32,770 bases of DNA from a virus (lineage: Duplodnaviria; Caudoviricetes): positions 1 through 32,770 of the IMG/VR virus record IMGVR_UViG_3300037518_000650; one strand, written 5' to 3'. The notes beneath the pieces are model-generated. The model was not told where the DNA came from, did not search any database, and saw only the letters and a program-made list of their open reading frames with translations. Of this stretch, positions 1-6,937 are shown piece after piece. The position numbers and the translations under genes were made by a program. Position 1 is the first letter of the stretch. The number at the start of each line of letters is the position of its first letter.

Positions 1-376
1 CGCCCAGGTGCAAGTCGAGATTCCCGGCAGCCGTCGGCATGAGCGGCTTGCAGAAGTCGTCGCCGGCAGGGTCCGCACCGCTCGTCAGATGGTCCCAGAG
101 CAAATCAAGCAACGTATCGCCGTTCGGCTCGAATCCGGTCTCACTGAACCAGGCTGCGATCATCATCGCCGTGCTGTTGATCTCACGAAGGTCGCCCGTC
201 CCGAGGAGCGCATAGGCAATGTCGGCGATCGGTGCATCGGTCGCAAAGAACGCCAGGTTGGCTTCGGCGTGGCCGGGAATCGAGCGCAGGTCCACCAGCC
301 CGACCATCGCATCCGGCGCACGCCAGAAGGTGAACGGCTCGGTCTCCTCGATCCACGGGCCAAGGTAGTAGTGCAT
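1..376 (-). CDS. hypothetical phage protein, runs off the left edge (MHYYLGPWIEETEPFTFWRAPD...)
   Basis: Hand-translated frame open from ATG at 376 to the window edge; same strand as the neighbouring operon; not in the ORF track because no stop is present. Confidence 0.75.
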   Translation of the reverse strand, partial: MHYYLGPWIEETEPFTFWRAPDAMVGLVDLRSIPGHAEANLAFFATDAPIADIAYALLGTGDLREINSTAMMIAAWFSETGFEPNGDTLLDLLWDHLTSGADPAGDDFCKPLMPTAAGNLDLHLG

Positions 377-388
377 GGGCACTCATAC

Positions 389-640
389 TTAATCGGCTTG
401 AGCAGTCGTCGACCTTGCACAGCGAGGACAAATCGCGCGGCGAACATTTCCAGTCCAGCCGAGACGTTCCATTTCGTCCCACGCCTCACTCAGATTCCGA
501 AAGTCGCCGGCGGTTTCCTCAACACCACAACGCCAACAGTCCCAATGAAACGTTTGCTGCCCGAGCGACGTCCGTTGCCCGCCGTCGCAGCTACTCAGCC
601 GGAAAAGACACCACTGTACCGCGCGCGTCAACAAACCCAT
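389..640 (-). CDS. small putative zinc-ribbon protein
   Basis: 83 aa, CWRC...CPRC pairs, AAAGGGG SD-like sequence before ATG. Confidence 0.6.
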   Translation of the reverse strand: MGLLTRAVQWCLFRLSSCDGGQRTSLGQQTFHWDCWRCGVEETAGDFRNLSEAWDEMERLGWTGNVRRAICPRCARSTTAQAD

Positions 641-673
641 GATGCCCCTTTCTCGGAAATAATTGGCTTAGCA

Positions 674-952
674 TCATGGATTATAGCACGCCCCCAATAA
701 CCCTGCCTTCGCGTTGAGGACGAAATGCCGCTTGCCGGCGGCATCGACAAAACAGCCCGCCGTCGGCTCAAAGTGGCCCTCGGCGCGAATCTGCGACACG
801 AACGAAACTATGCCGTCCCGCAGGTTGACCCCCTCCGTCCAGACGACTTCGCCCGTTTCCTCAACGAACCACTCGACCGTCACACGCCGGCCGTCGCTAG
901 GAGTAATCCGCACTCGCAACGTGCCGTCGTATTGTTGAGCTGGTCCGGTCAT
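674..952 (-). CDS. hypothetical protein (MTGPAQQYDG...)
   Basis: ORF 674-1030; ATG at 952 preferred because GAGGG lies upstream and 975-1027 is a repeat hairpin. Confidence 0.6.
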   Translation of the reverse strand: MTGPAQQYDGTLRVRITPSDGRRVTVEWFVEETGEVVWTEGVNLRDGIVSFVSQIRAEGHFEPTAGCFVDAAGKRHFVLNAKAGLLGACYNP

Positions 953-974
953 CGCTGCCCTCGCGAAGCGGCAA

Positions 975-1027
975 GCCACAGAGTTCACAGAGTGCCAATT
1001 CTCTGTCATCTCTGTGACCTCTGTGGC
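975..1027. repeat. REP-like hairpin of 9-bp NNCACAGAG units (copy 1)
   Basis: GCCACAGAG TTCACAGAG ... CTCTGTCAT CTCTGTGAC CTCTGTGGC; related copies at 14865 and 19982. Confidence 0.8.
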
Positions 1028-1033
1028 CAACCG

Positions 1034-1450
1034 TCAAGTCAGACTGAACAGGTTCGCCCCGAAATCGATCGTGTAGGTTTCGTCTTCGGCCATCGTGAGG
1101 TCACTGCCGTGGTCGTACCAGCAGATGAGCGGATCCGCGGGCGTTGTCGGCGTGTTGTTGTAAATTACGACGTAGCGGAACGTCGCCACCGCGCCGCCCG
1201 ATGCCGTCAAAACCAGATCGGTGAGTACGAGCGCATACGTGCCCGACGTCTGGCCGCTCGAGGCGGTCGTAATATCGCGGCTGGTCAAGTTGGTGTAACT
1301 GATCTCCGTCAGATCGGCCAGCACACTATTGGTCGCCACCGGCGCGTTGGCAGCCGCCGTCAGCGCCACCGTCAGTTGATCCGTCTCCAGATCGTGCACC
1401 CCATGACACAGATCCTCGACGAACTGATTGATTTTGTTATAAGTCGCCAT
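1034..1450 (-). CDS. putative virion structural (tail-associated) protein
   Basis: 138 aa, Thr/Ala-rich beta protein; pattern MATYNK..F.EDL..GVHDL...FRYVVIYN.T...PLI.W.D.G resembles a widespread phage virion family. Confidence 0.7.
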   Translation of the reverse strand: MATYNKINQFVEDLCHGVHDLETDQLTVALTAAANAPVATNSVLADLTEISYTNLTSRDITTASSGQTSGTYALVLTDLVLTASGGAVATFRYVVIYNNTPTTPADPLICWYDHGSDLTMAEDETYTIDFGANLFSLT

Positions 1451-1468
1451 CGCCGATGCCCTTTGACG

Positions 1469-1660
1469 TCAGTTGTTTTGTGTCAGTTGTTTTGTGAATG
1501 CCTGGCGAACTTCCTCGAAGGTCCCGTCCGCGTGTACCGTGACAGATCGCGATTTCGCTCGATACCTGTCGCCGACGAATGCAACGTCCCACGTCAGCGC
1601 GGTCGTATCTTCGAGCCACTGCTTGAGCCGCCATACGACCACATCTTCATGCACGCCCAT
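1469..1660 (-). CDS. hypothetical protein
   Basis: Fills the operon gap; start codon uncertain (ATG 1660 or upstream). Confidence 0.5.
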   Translation of the reverse strand: MGVHEDVVVWRLKQWLEDTTALTWDVAFVGDRYRAKSRSVTVHADGTFEEVRQAFTKQLTQNN

Positions 1661-1750
1661 CAGCGATAAAACCCGCACCACCACAAGAGGCAGCAGGCCG
1701 CGCCGCCCACAACGGCGAGGCACGCCATTTCGAGCACCTGCCAATCCGAT

Positions 1751-1921
1751 TCACTTCTGGGCCAATGCACGGATCGCGTCCTTCTGGGCCTTCGTGAGCG
1801 CCAGTTGCTCTTGCAGCTTTTCGCGCTGGTAATCGGCGTGCTGCTGCAATCGCGTCATCCCCTCGTTGGCGATCTCTTGTTGCGCTTGCCGCGCGTCAGC
1901 CAGTATTTGTTCGATGCTCAT
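1751..1921 (-). CDS. 56-aa coiled-coil protein (MSIEQILADARQAQQEIANEG...)
   Basis: Hand-translated; ATG overlaps the TGA of the upstream ORF (ATGA); GAGAAAG upstream. Confidence 0.65.
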   Translation of the reverse strand: MSIEQILADARQAQQEIANEGMTRLQQHADYQREKLQEQLALTKAQKDAIRALAQK

Positions 1922-2028
1922 TTGTCTTTCTCACCGTCGTAAAAAGACGTCGCCACGATGAATCCAATGGCGGCAGTTGTCGCATGCGATAACGTCAGGA
2001 TGAGCAATACCCGCACATCTTCACTCAC
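1918..2028 (-). CDS. 36-aa single-TM peptide (MSEDVRVLLILTLSHATTAAIGFIVATSFYDGEKDK)
   Basis: GTGA overlap with the upstream gene and ATGA overlap with the downstream gene; hydrophobic core. Confidence 0.55.
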   Translation of the reverse strand: MSEDVRVLLILTLSHATTAAIGFIVATSFYDGEKDK

Positions 2029-2396
2029 GGCTTATGGAGGCCCTTCTCTTCGAGAAATTGCAGCAGGCTGCCGCCCGGTTGCTGCTCAACGACCGCGGGC
2101 GGCGAGGCTGGTTGTGCTGGGTCGGACGTGAGCCAGGCACCGCCGGCAGCGCCTGCGCCCAGGCCGGCCAATGCGAGCAGCGTCGTCTTGACCGCCGCCG
2201 GCATTCGCGACGGCTTTTTCGGTTGCACGTCGATCGCCGGCTCGGCCGGCTGCGGGACCGGATCCATCTCGATATGGCCGACCTGGAATCGCGGCTGCGG
2301 AGTCAGGATCCCGTACCGTCTGGCCGCCGACTCGCGCATCAGGTGCGAGTTCGCCAGGAACTCATTGATCACCGCGTCCTGCTGCTGAGAACTCAT
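2025..2396 (-). CDS. membrane protein, one TM segment, Pro-rich
   Basis: 123 aa, TLLALAGLGAGAAGGAWL; ATGA overlap with the upstream gene. Confidence 0.7.
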   Translation of the reverse strand: MSSQQQDAVINEFLANSHLMRESAARRYGILTPQPRFQVGHIEMDPVPQPAEPAIDVQPKKPSRMPAAVKTTLLALAGLGAGAAGGAWLTSDPAQPASPPAVVEQQPGGSLLQFLEEKGLHKP

Positions 2397-2575
2397 GCGA
2401 AAAAATCCTTGGACCGGATAATGGACGGCAGCGTTTCGATCGCGTGCCGGTGCAGAACGTTCTGGTTGACGGCCGCGTCGATTTGCGAATTGTGCTGGGC
2501 GACGATCCGGTCGCGGATGTCCGCCTGGTCGAGGGCGGCCCGCTTCAATCGATCGAGGTGTTCATCAGGCGTCAT
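2393..2575 (-). CDS. hypothetical helical protein
   Basis: 60-aa ORF coupled to the next gene. Confidence 0.65.
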   Translation of the reverse strand: MTPDEHLDRLKRAALDQADIRDRIVAQHNSQIDAAVNQNVLHRHAIETLPSIIRSKDFFA

Positions 2576-2830
2576 AGATTAACTCAGTCGCACTATGTTA
2601 GTGATAGCCGCCCTCAGGCGCGGTGTGCTTCCGTTACACCAGGGCGGTGGTTTGCCCCGCATCTGTGGCTGCGGGACATCTCGCGTGCGGTCGGGTTGCG
2701 CTCGGCCAATTTGGTTTCCTGCCACAGCAGGCTTACGGCGAGCGGATACGAGCTTGACTCGCCGCGCCACACCTTCCATTGCCCGACCTGTTAGGTATTT
2801 CCTGCCGAGGCGCGCACACCCCGGCGATGG
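2576..2830 (-). ncRNA. candidate structured intergenic RNA
   Basis: Stems GGTCGGG/CCCGACC, CGGCGAG/CTCGCCG, CCTGC/GCAGG, CCCGCA/TGCGGG, CCGCCCT/AGGGCGG enclosing GGTGT/ACACC. Confidence 0.4.
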
Positions 2831-2831
2831 A

Positions 2832-3053
2832 TCAACCGGTCTTGACGACCGGGGTACGTTCGGCCGCATTCAACGCCGCCATCAGGCCCGGATCGTCCTT
2901 CTGCGTCGCGTTTTCCTGGATCGTCAGATTCTGAATGATCCCGCCGCCGTGCAGCAGCGACTCACCCAGGATCCCGAGCCGGCGCATGTCCGCCTGCTGG
3001 CCGGTGAGGCTCAGCGTCGTCAGTTGATCTGCCAAGTTAGCATCGAGAGGCAT
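2832..3053 (-). CDS. hypothetical protein
   Basis: 73 aa, GGAGG SD at the end of the protease gene. Confidence 0.7.
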   Translation of the reverse strand: MPLDANLADQLTTLSLTGQQADMRRLGILGESLLHGGGIIQNLTIQENATQKDDPGLMAALNAAERTPVVKTG

Positions 3054-3055
3054 AC

Positions 3056-4432
3056 TTAAAATCCTCCAACTTCAAAAACGCCCCTCGATACGTTCGAGAG
3101 GACCGATTCCACTTCCGTCTGCCCGCTCTTGACGGCGACTGGATTACCTGCCGTGTCGTACACGACGATCTGCGGCAGCGGCTGGACCAGGAACGGGACT
3201 GCTGACACGTCGAGCGTCAGCACCCGCGGATGCACTTTCTTGGCTTCGCGCACCCACGCTTCGATGCGCGGCCAGCCGCCCGCATCCGTCGCGTCCCCGA
3301 CGACGACGTAGTGCGAGATCGCCGTTGACCGCTGGATAGGAAAGGCGTCGCGCATCCCCTGCACCTCGGCAACCAGGCTGAGGACCGACGTCTCCAGTTT
3401 ATCGAGCCGAGCCGCAAGCGCCTGGTCGGTCTGTTGCGGCCCGCATTGGCACGGCTTGATGGCGGCGATCTGTGCGGACAACTCCGCCCGCAATCGCTCG
3501 ATCTCGCTGACCGCCGGCTTCGGCGGCTCCGGTCGCTTGGGCGCGGCCGGCGGCGGATCGTCACGCAGATAGTCCGGCAGCGTCGGGAACACCGGGTCCG
3601 CGCCGCCGCCAGGCTGCGGCGTACCCGGCAGCGGGCAACGCCCGTCAGGACAGTCTGGATTGACCGGACTGCGATCGAACGGCCCGTTGCGGCCTGGTGG
3701 GACTGGACGATTTTGGCGAGGGCCGAACACAAATCGCCCGGCCCCCCGAGCTGCGCGGCCGATCCCCTGCAGCAGGCCGACTTCCCGGAGATGCTCGACG
3801 TCGAAGCCGGTTTCGCTGCCCCACTCGCCCCGGAAGGCGGCGTGGATCTCGTCACTGGTCATGCCGCGTCCGCTGCTGCCGGCGTTCCAAGCGACCAGGC
3901 CGACGACCTGCCGGAAATCCTCGGTGAAGACTGGCGAGCCGGAACGCCCGTTCTCGGGCGGCGGGACGAACGACAGGAATCGACCATCAGACCTCGTGAC
4001 GTGTCCGGTCCAGGCCGTCGGCCAGTTTCCCTGCGGGCAGCCGATAGACGCGACCGGCGTGCCGGCGGGCAGTTGGCAGCCGCGCGGCGCGATCGGCGTG
4101 CAGCGCAGTCCCGGCACGAGGCCGGCGTCGAGATCGACGACCGCCAGGTCCCGCCCGCCCGCTTGGGCGCGCCAGACCGTCTTGGCCGGCAGCCACTGGC
4201 TCATATGCCCCCGCCGCCAAAACTGCACTTGGCACGCATCGCGATCGGCGACGTGCGCGTTGGTCAGGATTTTTACTCGCCCGTCCTTTTCCCCGAAGGC
4301 GATCCCGGTACCGTAGGAAGTCGACCAGCCAGTCGGCACCCGCACGCGGCAGGTGGCTTCCGTCGCTTGGCGGTAGTCGGCGTGCGCAATCGCCGGCAGG
4401 AACAAAAATATAATGATCGCATGCCGTATCAT
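3056..4432 (-). CDS. secreted trypsin-like (S1) serine protease with Pro-rich linker, coiled coil and C-terminal domain
   Basis: Signal peptide MIRHAIIIFLFLPAIAHA; catalytic motifs LTNAHV, RDLAVV, NGRSGSPVF; AGGAG SD before ATG 4432. Confidence 0.85.
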   Translation of the reverse strand: MIRHAIIIFLFLPAIAHADYRQATEATCRVRVPTGWSTSYGTGIAFGEKDGRVKILTNAHVADRDACQVQFWRRGHMSQWLPAKTVWRAQAGGRDLAVVDLDAGLVPGLRCTPIAPRGCQLPAGTPVASIGCPQGNWPTAWTGHVTRSDGRFLSFVPPPENGRSGSPVFTEDFRQVVGLVAWNAGSSGRGMTSDEIHAAFRGEWGSETGFDVEHLREVGLLQGIGRAARGAGRFVFGPRQNRPVPPGRNGPFDRSPVNPDCPDGRCPLPGTPQPGGGADPVFPTLPDYLRDDPPPAAPKRPEPPKPAVSEIERLRAELSAQIAAIKPCQCGPQQTDQALAARLDKLETSVLSLVAEVQGMRDAFPIQRSTAISHYVVVGDATDAGGWPRIEAWVREAKKVHPRVLTLDVSAVPFLVQPLPQIVVYDTAGNPVAVKSGQTEVESVLSNVSRGVFEVGGF

Positions 4433-4443
4433 CGCCGTCTCTC

Positions 4444-5058
4444 CTACGGTACGAGCGTCATCTTGTACGTGAGCAGGGCGCTGCGCATTAGGTCGCACGG
4501 CTCGACAAAGCTGCACCTCGGCACCAGGTCCCAGTAGGCGCGCTTGACCGAGCGATGCACCGCCTCGCTGCAGACGGGCGCCCGCCGCCAGGCGTCGGGA
4601 TTGGTGTCCGGGCGAAACCGATGCAACCACCGGCAGAACGGCACTCGGCAGACGACCGCGCCGGCGATCGAGAACCAGCCATATTGACCGGGCCTGATCT
4701 CGCGCTTCATCTCGTCGACGATCGTGGTCCTGTCGATCACCATGCCGTCCACCGATTCGACCAAGCTGTACACGTCGATTTGGCCGGGGTAGCGTTGCAC
4801 GTGGTGGCGAAGCGCGCTGATGCGTCCGCCGATCCATTCCCTGACCTCCATGCAGTACCAGTCGCCGTTCAATCTGCCGACCAGGGCCGCGTGCGAATAC
4901 GGGCCTCTGCCCAAGGTCGAGATCAGCCAGCCGACTCCCGCCAAGTGCCGCGGCCGGAGTTCCGCCAAGCGGCGCGGAAAGCAGCGGAAGAGCAACAGAT
5001 CCGCGTCGGCCAGCTCGGTGTGTGCGTCGGCCCATTGCACCTCGATCGCTGGTTCCAA
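4444..5058 (-). CDS. permuted papain-like NlpC/P60 (YiiX/YebB-type) amidase
   Basis: D.LLF...YSHAALV near the N-terminus and VCSEAV near the C-terminus give the permuted His-before-Cys order. Confidence 0.75.
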   Translation of the reverse strand: MEPAIEVQWADAHTELADADLLLFRCFPRRLAELRPRHLAGVGWLISTLGRGPYSHAALVGRLNGDWYCMEVREWIGGRISALRHHVQRYPGQIDVYSLVESVDGMVIDRTTIVDEMKREIRPGQYGWFSIAGAVVCRVPFCRWLHRFRPDTNPDAWRRAPVCSEAVHRSVKRAYWDLVPRCSFVEPCDLMRSALLTYKMTLVP

Positions 5059-5059
5059 C

Positions 5060-5128
5060 TCACCCGCCCGCCCACGCCGCGATTGCCAAGACTACCAGCG
5101 ACACGACCAGTGTGATCAATAGTTCCAT
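5060..5128 (-). CDS. 22-aa hydrophobic peptide (MELLITLVVSLVVLAIAAWAGG)
   Basis: Hand-translated; GGGGG SD-like sequence upstream; stop lies 1 nt before the amidase start. Confidence 0.45.
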   Translation of the reverse strand: MELLITLVVSLVVLAIAAWAGG

Positions 5129-5280
5129 CGCGCTGCCCCCGCTACGGCGCGCAGCGCCAGCCGTGTGGCGACGCGGCAAGTGTTTGGGTGGGGAAGGTAC
5201 GACAACGATGGACTCAACGGCATCCTGCCGCCCGCGGGTCCGTCGCCCGCAGTCTCCGGCCGAAATGGCCCTCTAGCAAG

Positions 5281-5309
5281 ATACTACGCAAAGGCCGCGC
5301 TTAGTGCAA
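5281..5309 (-). promoter_or_regulatory. sigma70-like promoter for the leftward operon
   Basis: TTGCAC-17 bp-TAGTAT on the minus strand. Confidence 0.55.
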
Positions 5310-5317
5310 TGATCTGT

Positions 5318-5346
5318 TTGCATTCGGTCGTGCGCATGGTGATACT
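5318..5346 (+). promoter_or_regulatory. sigma70-like promoter for the membrane protein gene
   Basis: TTGCAT-17 bp-GATACT. Confidence 0.5.
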
Positions 5347-5373
5347 CGAGTCCTTCACAGGGAGACAAATTCA

Positions 5374-5934
5374 ATGAGCAAATTCGGCGAGGGAGTCGGT
5401 CAAGGCGCCGGCTGTGTCATGGGCGGCGTCGGTTGTTTCGTGCTGATTCCAGTGGCGCTGCTCGCAGTGCTGGTATTCGTTGTGGTCGGCGTCCAGACGC
5501 TCGGCACCCCGCCCGAAGACGCAGGATCGCGCTCGCCGGAACCCGCTCCTGCGGTGCAACCGATCATCGTCCAACCGTATGAAGAGTCCTCTGAGTCACC
5601 GCCGCCAACTGCAGCGCCGCCGACGGCGGTGCCGGAGGAAAAGGCCCCTATCGACCAGCGGCAACCGGAGACAGTCGTCAACGAGCAGGCGCCAACTGCC
5701 CTTGATCCTCCTCCGGAGCCGGAGGTTAAGATTACGCTTGACCCTCAGCCTGCCGAGAAAGATTCGCTGCGTGACGTCGGCCGCGCCAAGTTGAAGTTGC
5801 AGCTCGCCGAGAAATACAAGGTCACTGACCCGAAAAGAGCCCGCCGATACTTGGCGGAAGCCCGCGCCCTCGCGCCCCGTGATGCAGTGACCAACGCTGA
5901 AGCCGACCGCATTGAGGGTGAAATCAACGAATGA
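5374..5934 (+). CDS. bitopic membrane protein, Pro-rich linker, helical C-terminus (possible superinfection exclusion or moron)
   Basis: N-terminal TM FVLIPVALLAVLVFVVVGV; AGGGAG SD; own promoter. Confidence 0.7.
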   Translation: MSKFGEGVGQGAGCVMGGVGCFVLIPVALLAVLVFVVVGVQTLGTPPEDAGSRSPEPAPAVQPIIVQPYEESSESPPPTAAPPTAVPEEKAPIDQRQPETVVNEQAPTALDPPPEPEVKITLDPQPAEKDSLRDVGRAKLKLQLAEKYKVTDPKRARRYLAEARALAPRDAVTNAEADRIEGEINE

Positions 5935-5972
5935 CAACTTTTCCCCAATCCGCACTTTTTGCCGAATTCGGT

Positions 5973-6011
5973 TACTGTACGGTTGCACAGTATCAGCGCG
6001 TTTGGTAAACT
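5973..6011 (+). promoter_or_regulatory. sigma70-like promoter with a palindromic operator over -35
   Basis: TTGCAC-17-TAAACT; TACTGT-ACGGTTGC-ACAGTA dyad (CTGT-N8-ACAG) at 5973-5992. Confidence 0.6.
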
Positions 6012-6016
6012 TTGTC

Positions 6017-6090
6017 GATCGGGAGAAACAAGCCGACCACGGACGCCCCCCCGGCACAGCTCACGGACCAGCGTGGACCGCTCTCTCGTC
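6017..6090 (+). ncRNA. candidate Csr/Rsm-type small RNA or CsrA-binding leader
   Basis: Three GGA-loop hairpins (CACGGACG, CACGGACC, GTGGACC) closed by a GGGAGA/TCTCTC stem, directly after the promoter. Confidence 0.45.
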
Positions 6091-6142
6091 GCGCGCAACT
6101 GCTGATTACCTCATGTCTGCCATCAAAGTACTCTGGTTGTGC

Positions 6143-6171
6143 TTGACATCTGCGCCTTGTTTGTCCATGAT
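6143..6171 (+). promoter_or_regulatory. sigma70-like promoter upstream of the wHTH and int genes
   Basis: TTGACA-17-CATGAT. Confidence 0.6.
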
Positions 6172-6230
6172 GTCGATGCGAAAAACAAACGGAGTCCTAT
6201 CCAGATGGCTTCCATGCGAGAATGGAAATC

Positions 6231-6317
6231 GAGAGTGCGGCCCCCGGACGTGTCAACGCTTATGCGTTGGGGCAGTTTCCGCTGCCTTCGCAACACAGCC
6301 GGGGGTCGCTCTCTTTT
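6231..6317 (+). ncRNA. cloverleaf-like structured leader or attenuator
   Basis: Outer stem GAGAGTGCGGCCCCCGG/CCGGGGGTCGCTCTC followed by TTTT; inner hairpins CAACGC/GCGTTG and GGCAG/CTGCC. Confidence 0.45.
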
Positions 6318-6463
6318 CGCAGGGAGGCTCGCCGCGATAACCAGCCTCGCACGCTGATTCCCGCAACATTTTGATGTCCGTTCGAAACCACTGCGCAACG
6401 AAAAGGCCGTTGGAACTGCCATTCCAACGGCCCAGATGGTTCGCACCTGATGAGTGATCACCA

Positions 6464-6937
6464 GTGGCCAAGATATCCGGTGCGCGCCCAGATGTCAATG
6501 CCTGGGCACTGCTCCCCGATGAGATTCTTGTCGAAGACATGAGCGGCTTGACGCGCGGATTCGTCCTGCGCAAGTTCACTGAGGACGAGAATCCCCGCTA
6601 CCGCCTTTATCCGTGCCCCGTCGAGGCGGCCGCGCCGGCGATGGGTTACCTAGGCATCATTCTCGACGAGCGCAACCACGCTGTCGAGTTTCGGGGTCTC
6701 TCGGTCGATTTCTCCGGCAGTCCGCGGCAATGGGAGATTTGCCGCTTGCTTGTGCGCGCCGGGCATGATGGAATCAGCCGTACCGAAATCGCCGACATCC
6801 TGGAAAGCGGACCATCTCTGTCGCCAGAGATCGGCTCACTCGCCGTGATGATCGGCCGCATCAAGGCAAGGCTTTTCGAGGTGCAGTTGACCATACCCCG
6901 AGCTAAACACGGTCGTTATCGGATAGAAGCGTTATGA
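6464..6937 (+). CDS. DNA-binding protein with C-terminal OmpR/PhoB-type winged helix
   Basis: SPRQWEICRLLV...ISRTEIADIL...SLAVMIGRIKARL...HGRYRI matches the Trans_reg_C pattern; no receiver domain. Confidence 0.7.
   Translation: MAKISGARPDVNAWALLPDEILVEDMSGLTRGFVLRKFTEDENPRYRLYPCPVEAAAPAMGYLGIILDERNHAVEFRGLSVDFSGSPRQWEICRLLVRAGHDGISRTEIADILESGPSLSPEIGSLAVMIGRIKARLFEVQLTIPRAKHGRYRIEAL

Noticed and set aside
4268-4286. ACGGG-N5-AAAAA box inside the protease gene
   Set aside because: No CGAACCTGG box 39 bp upstream; explained by codons
4433-5035. N-terminal 200 aa of the 659-aa ORF 3056-5035
   Set aside because: Shadow frame over the amidase gene; the real protease start is ATG 4432, with SD and signal peptide
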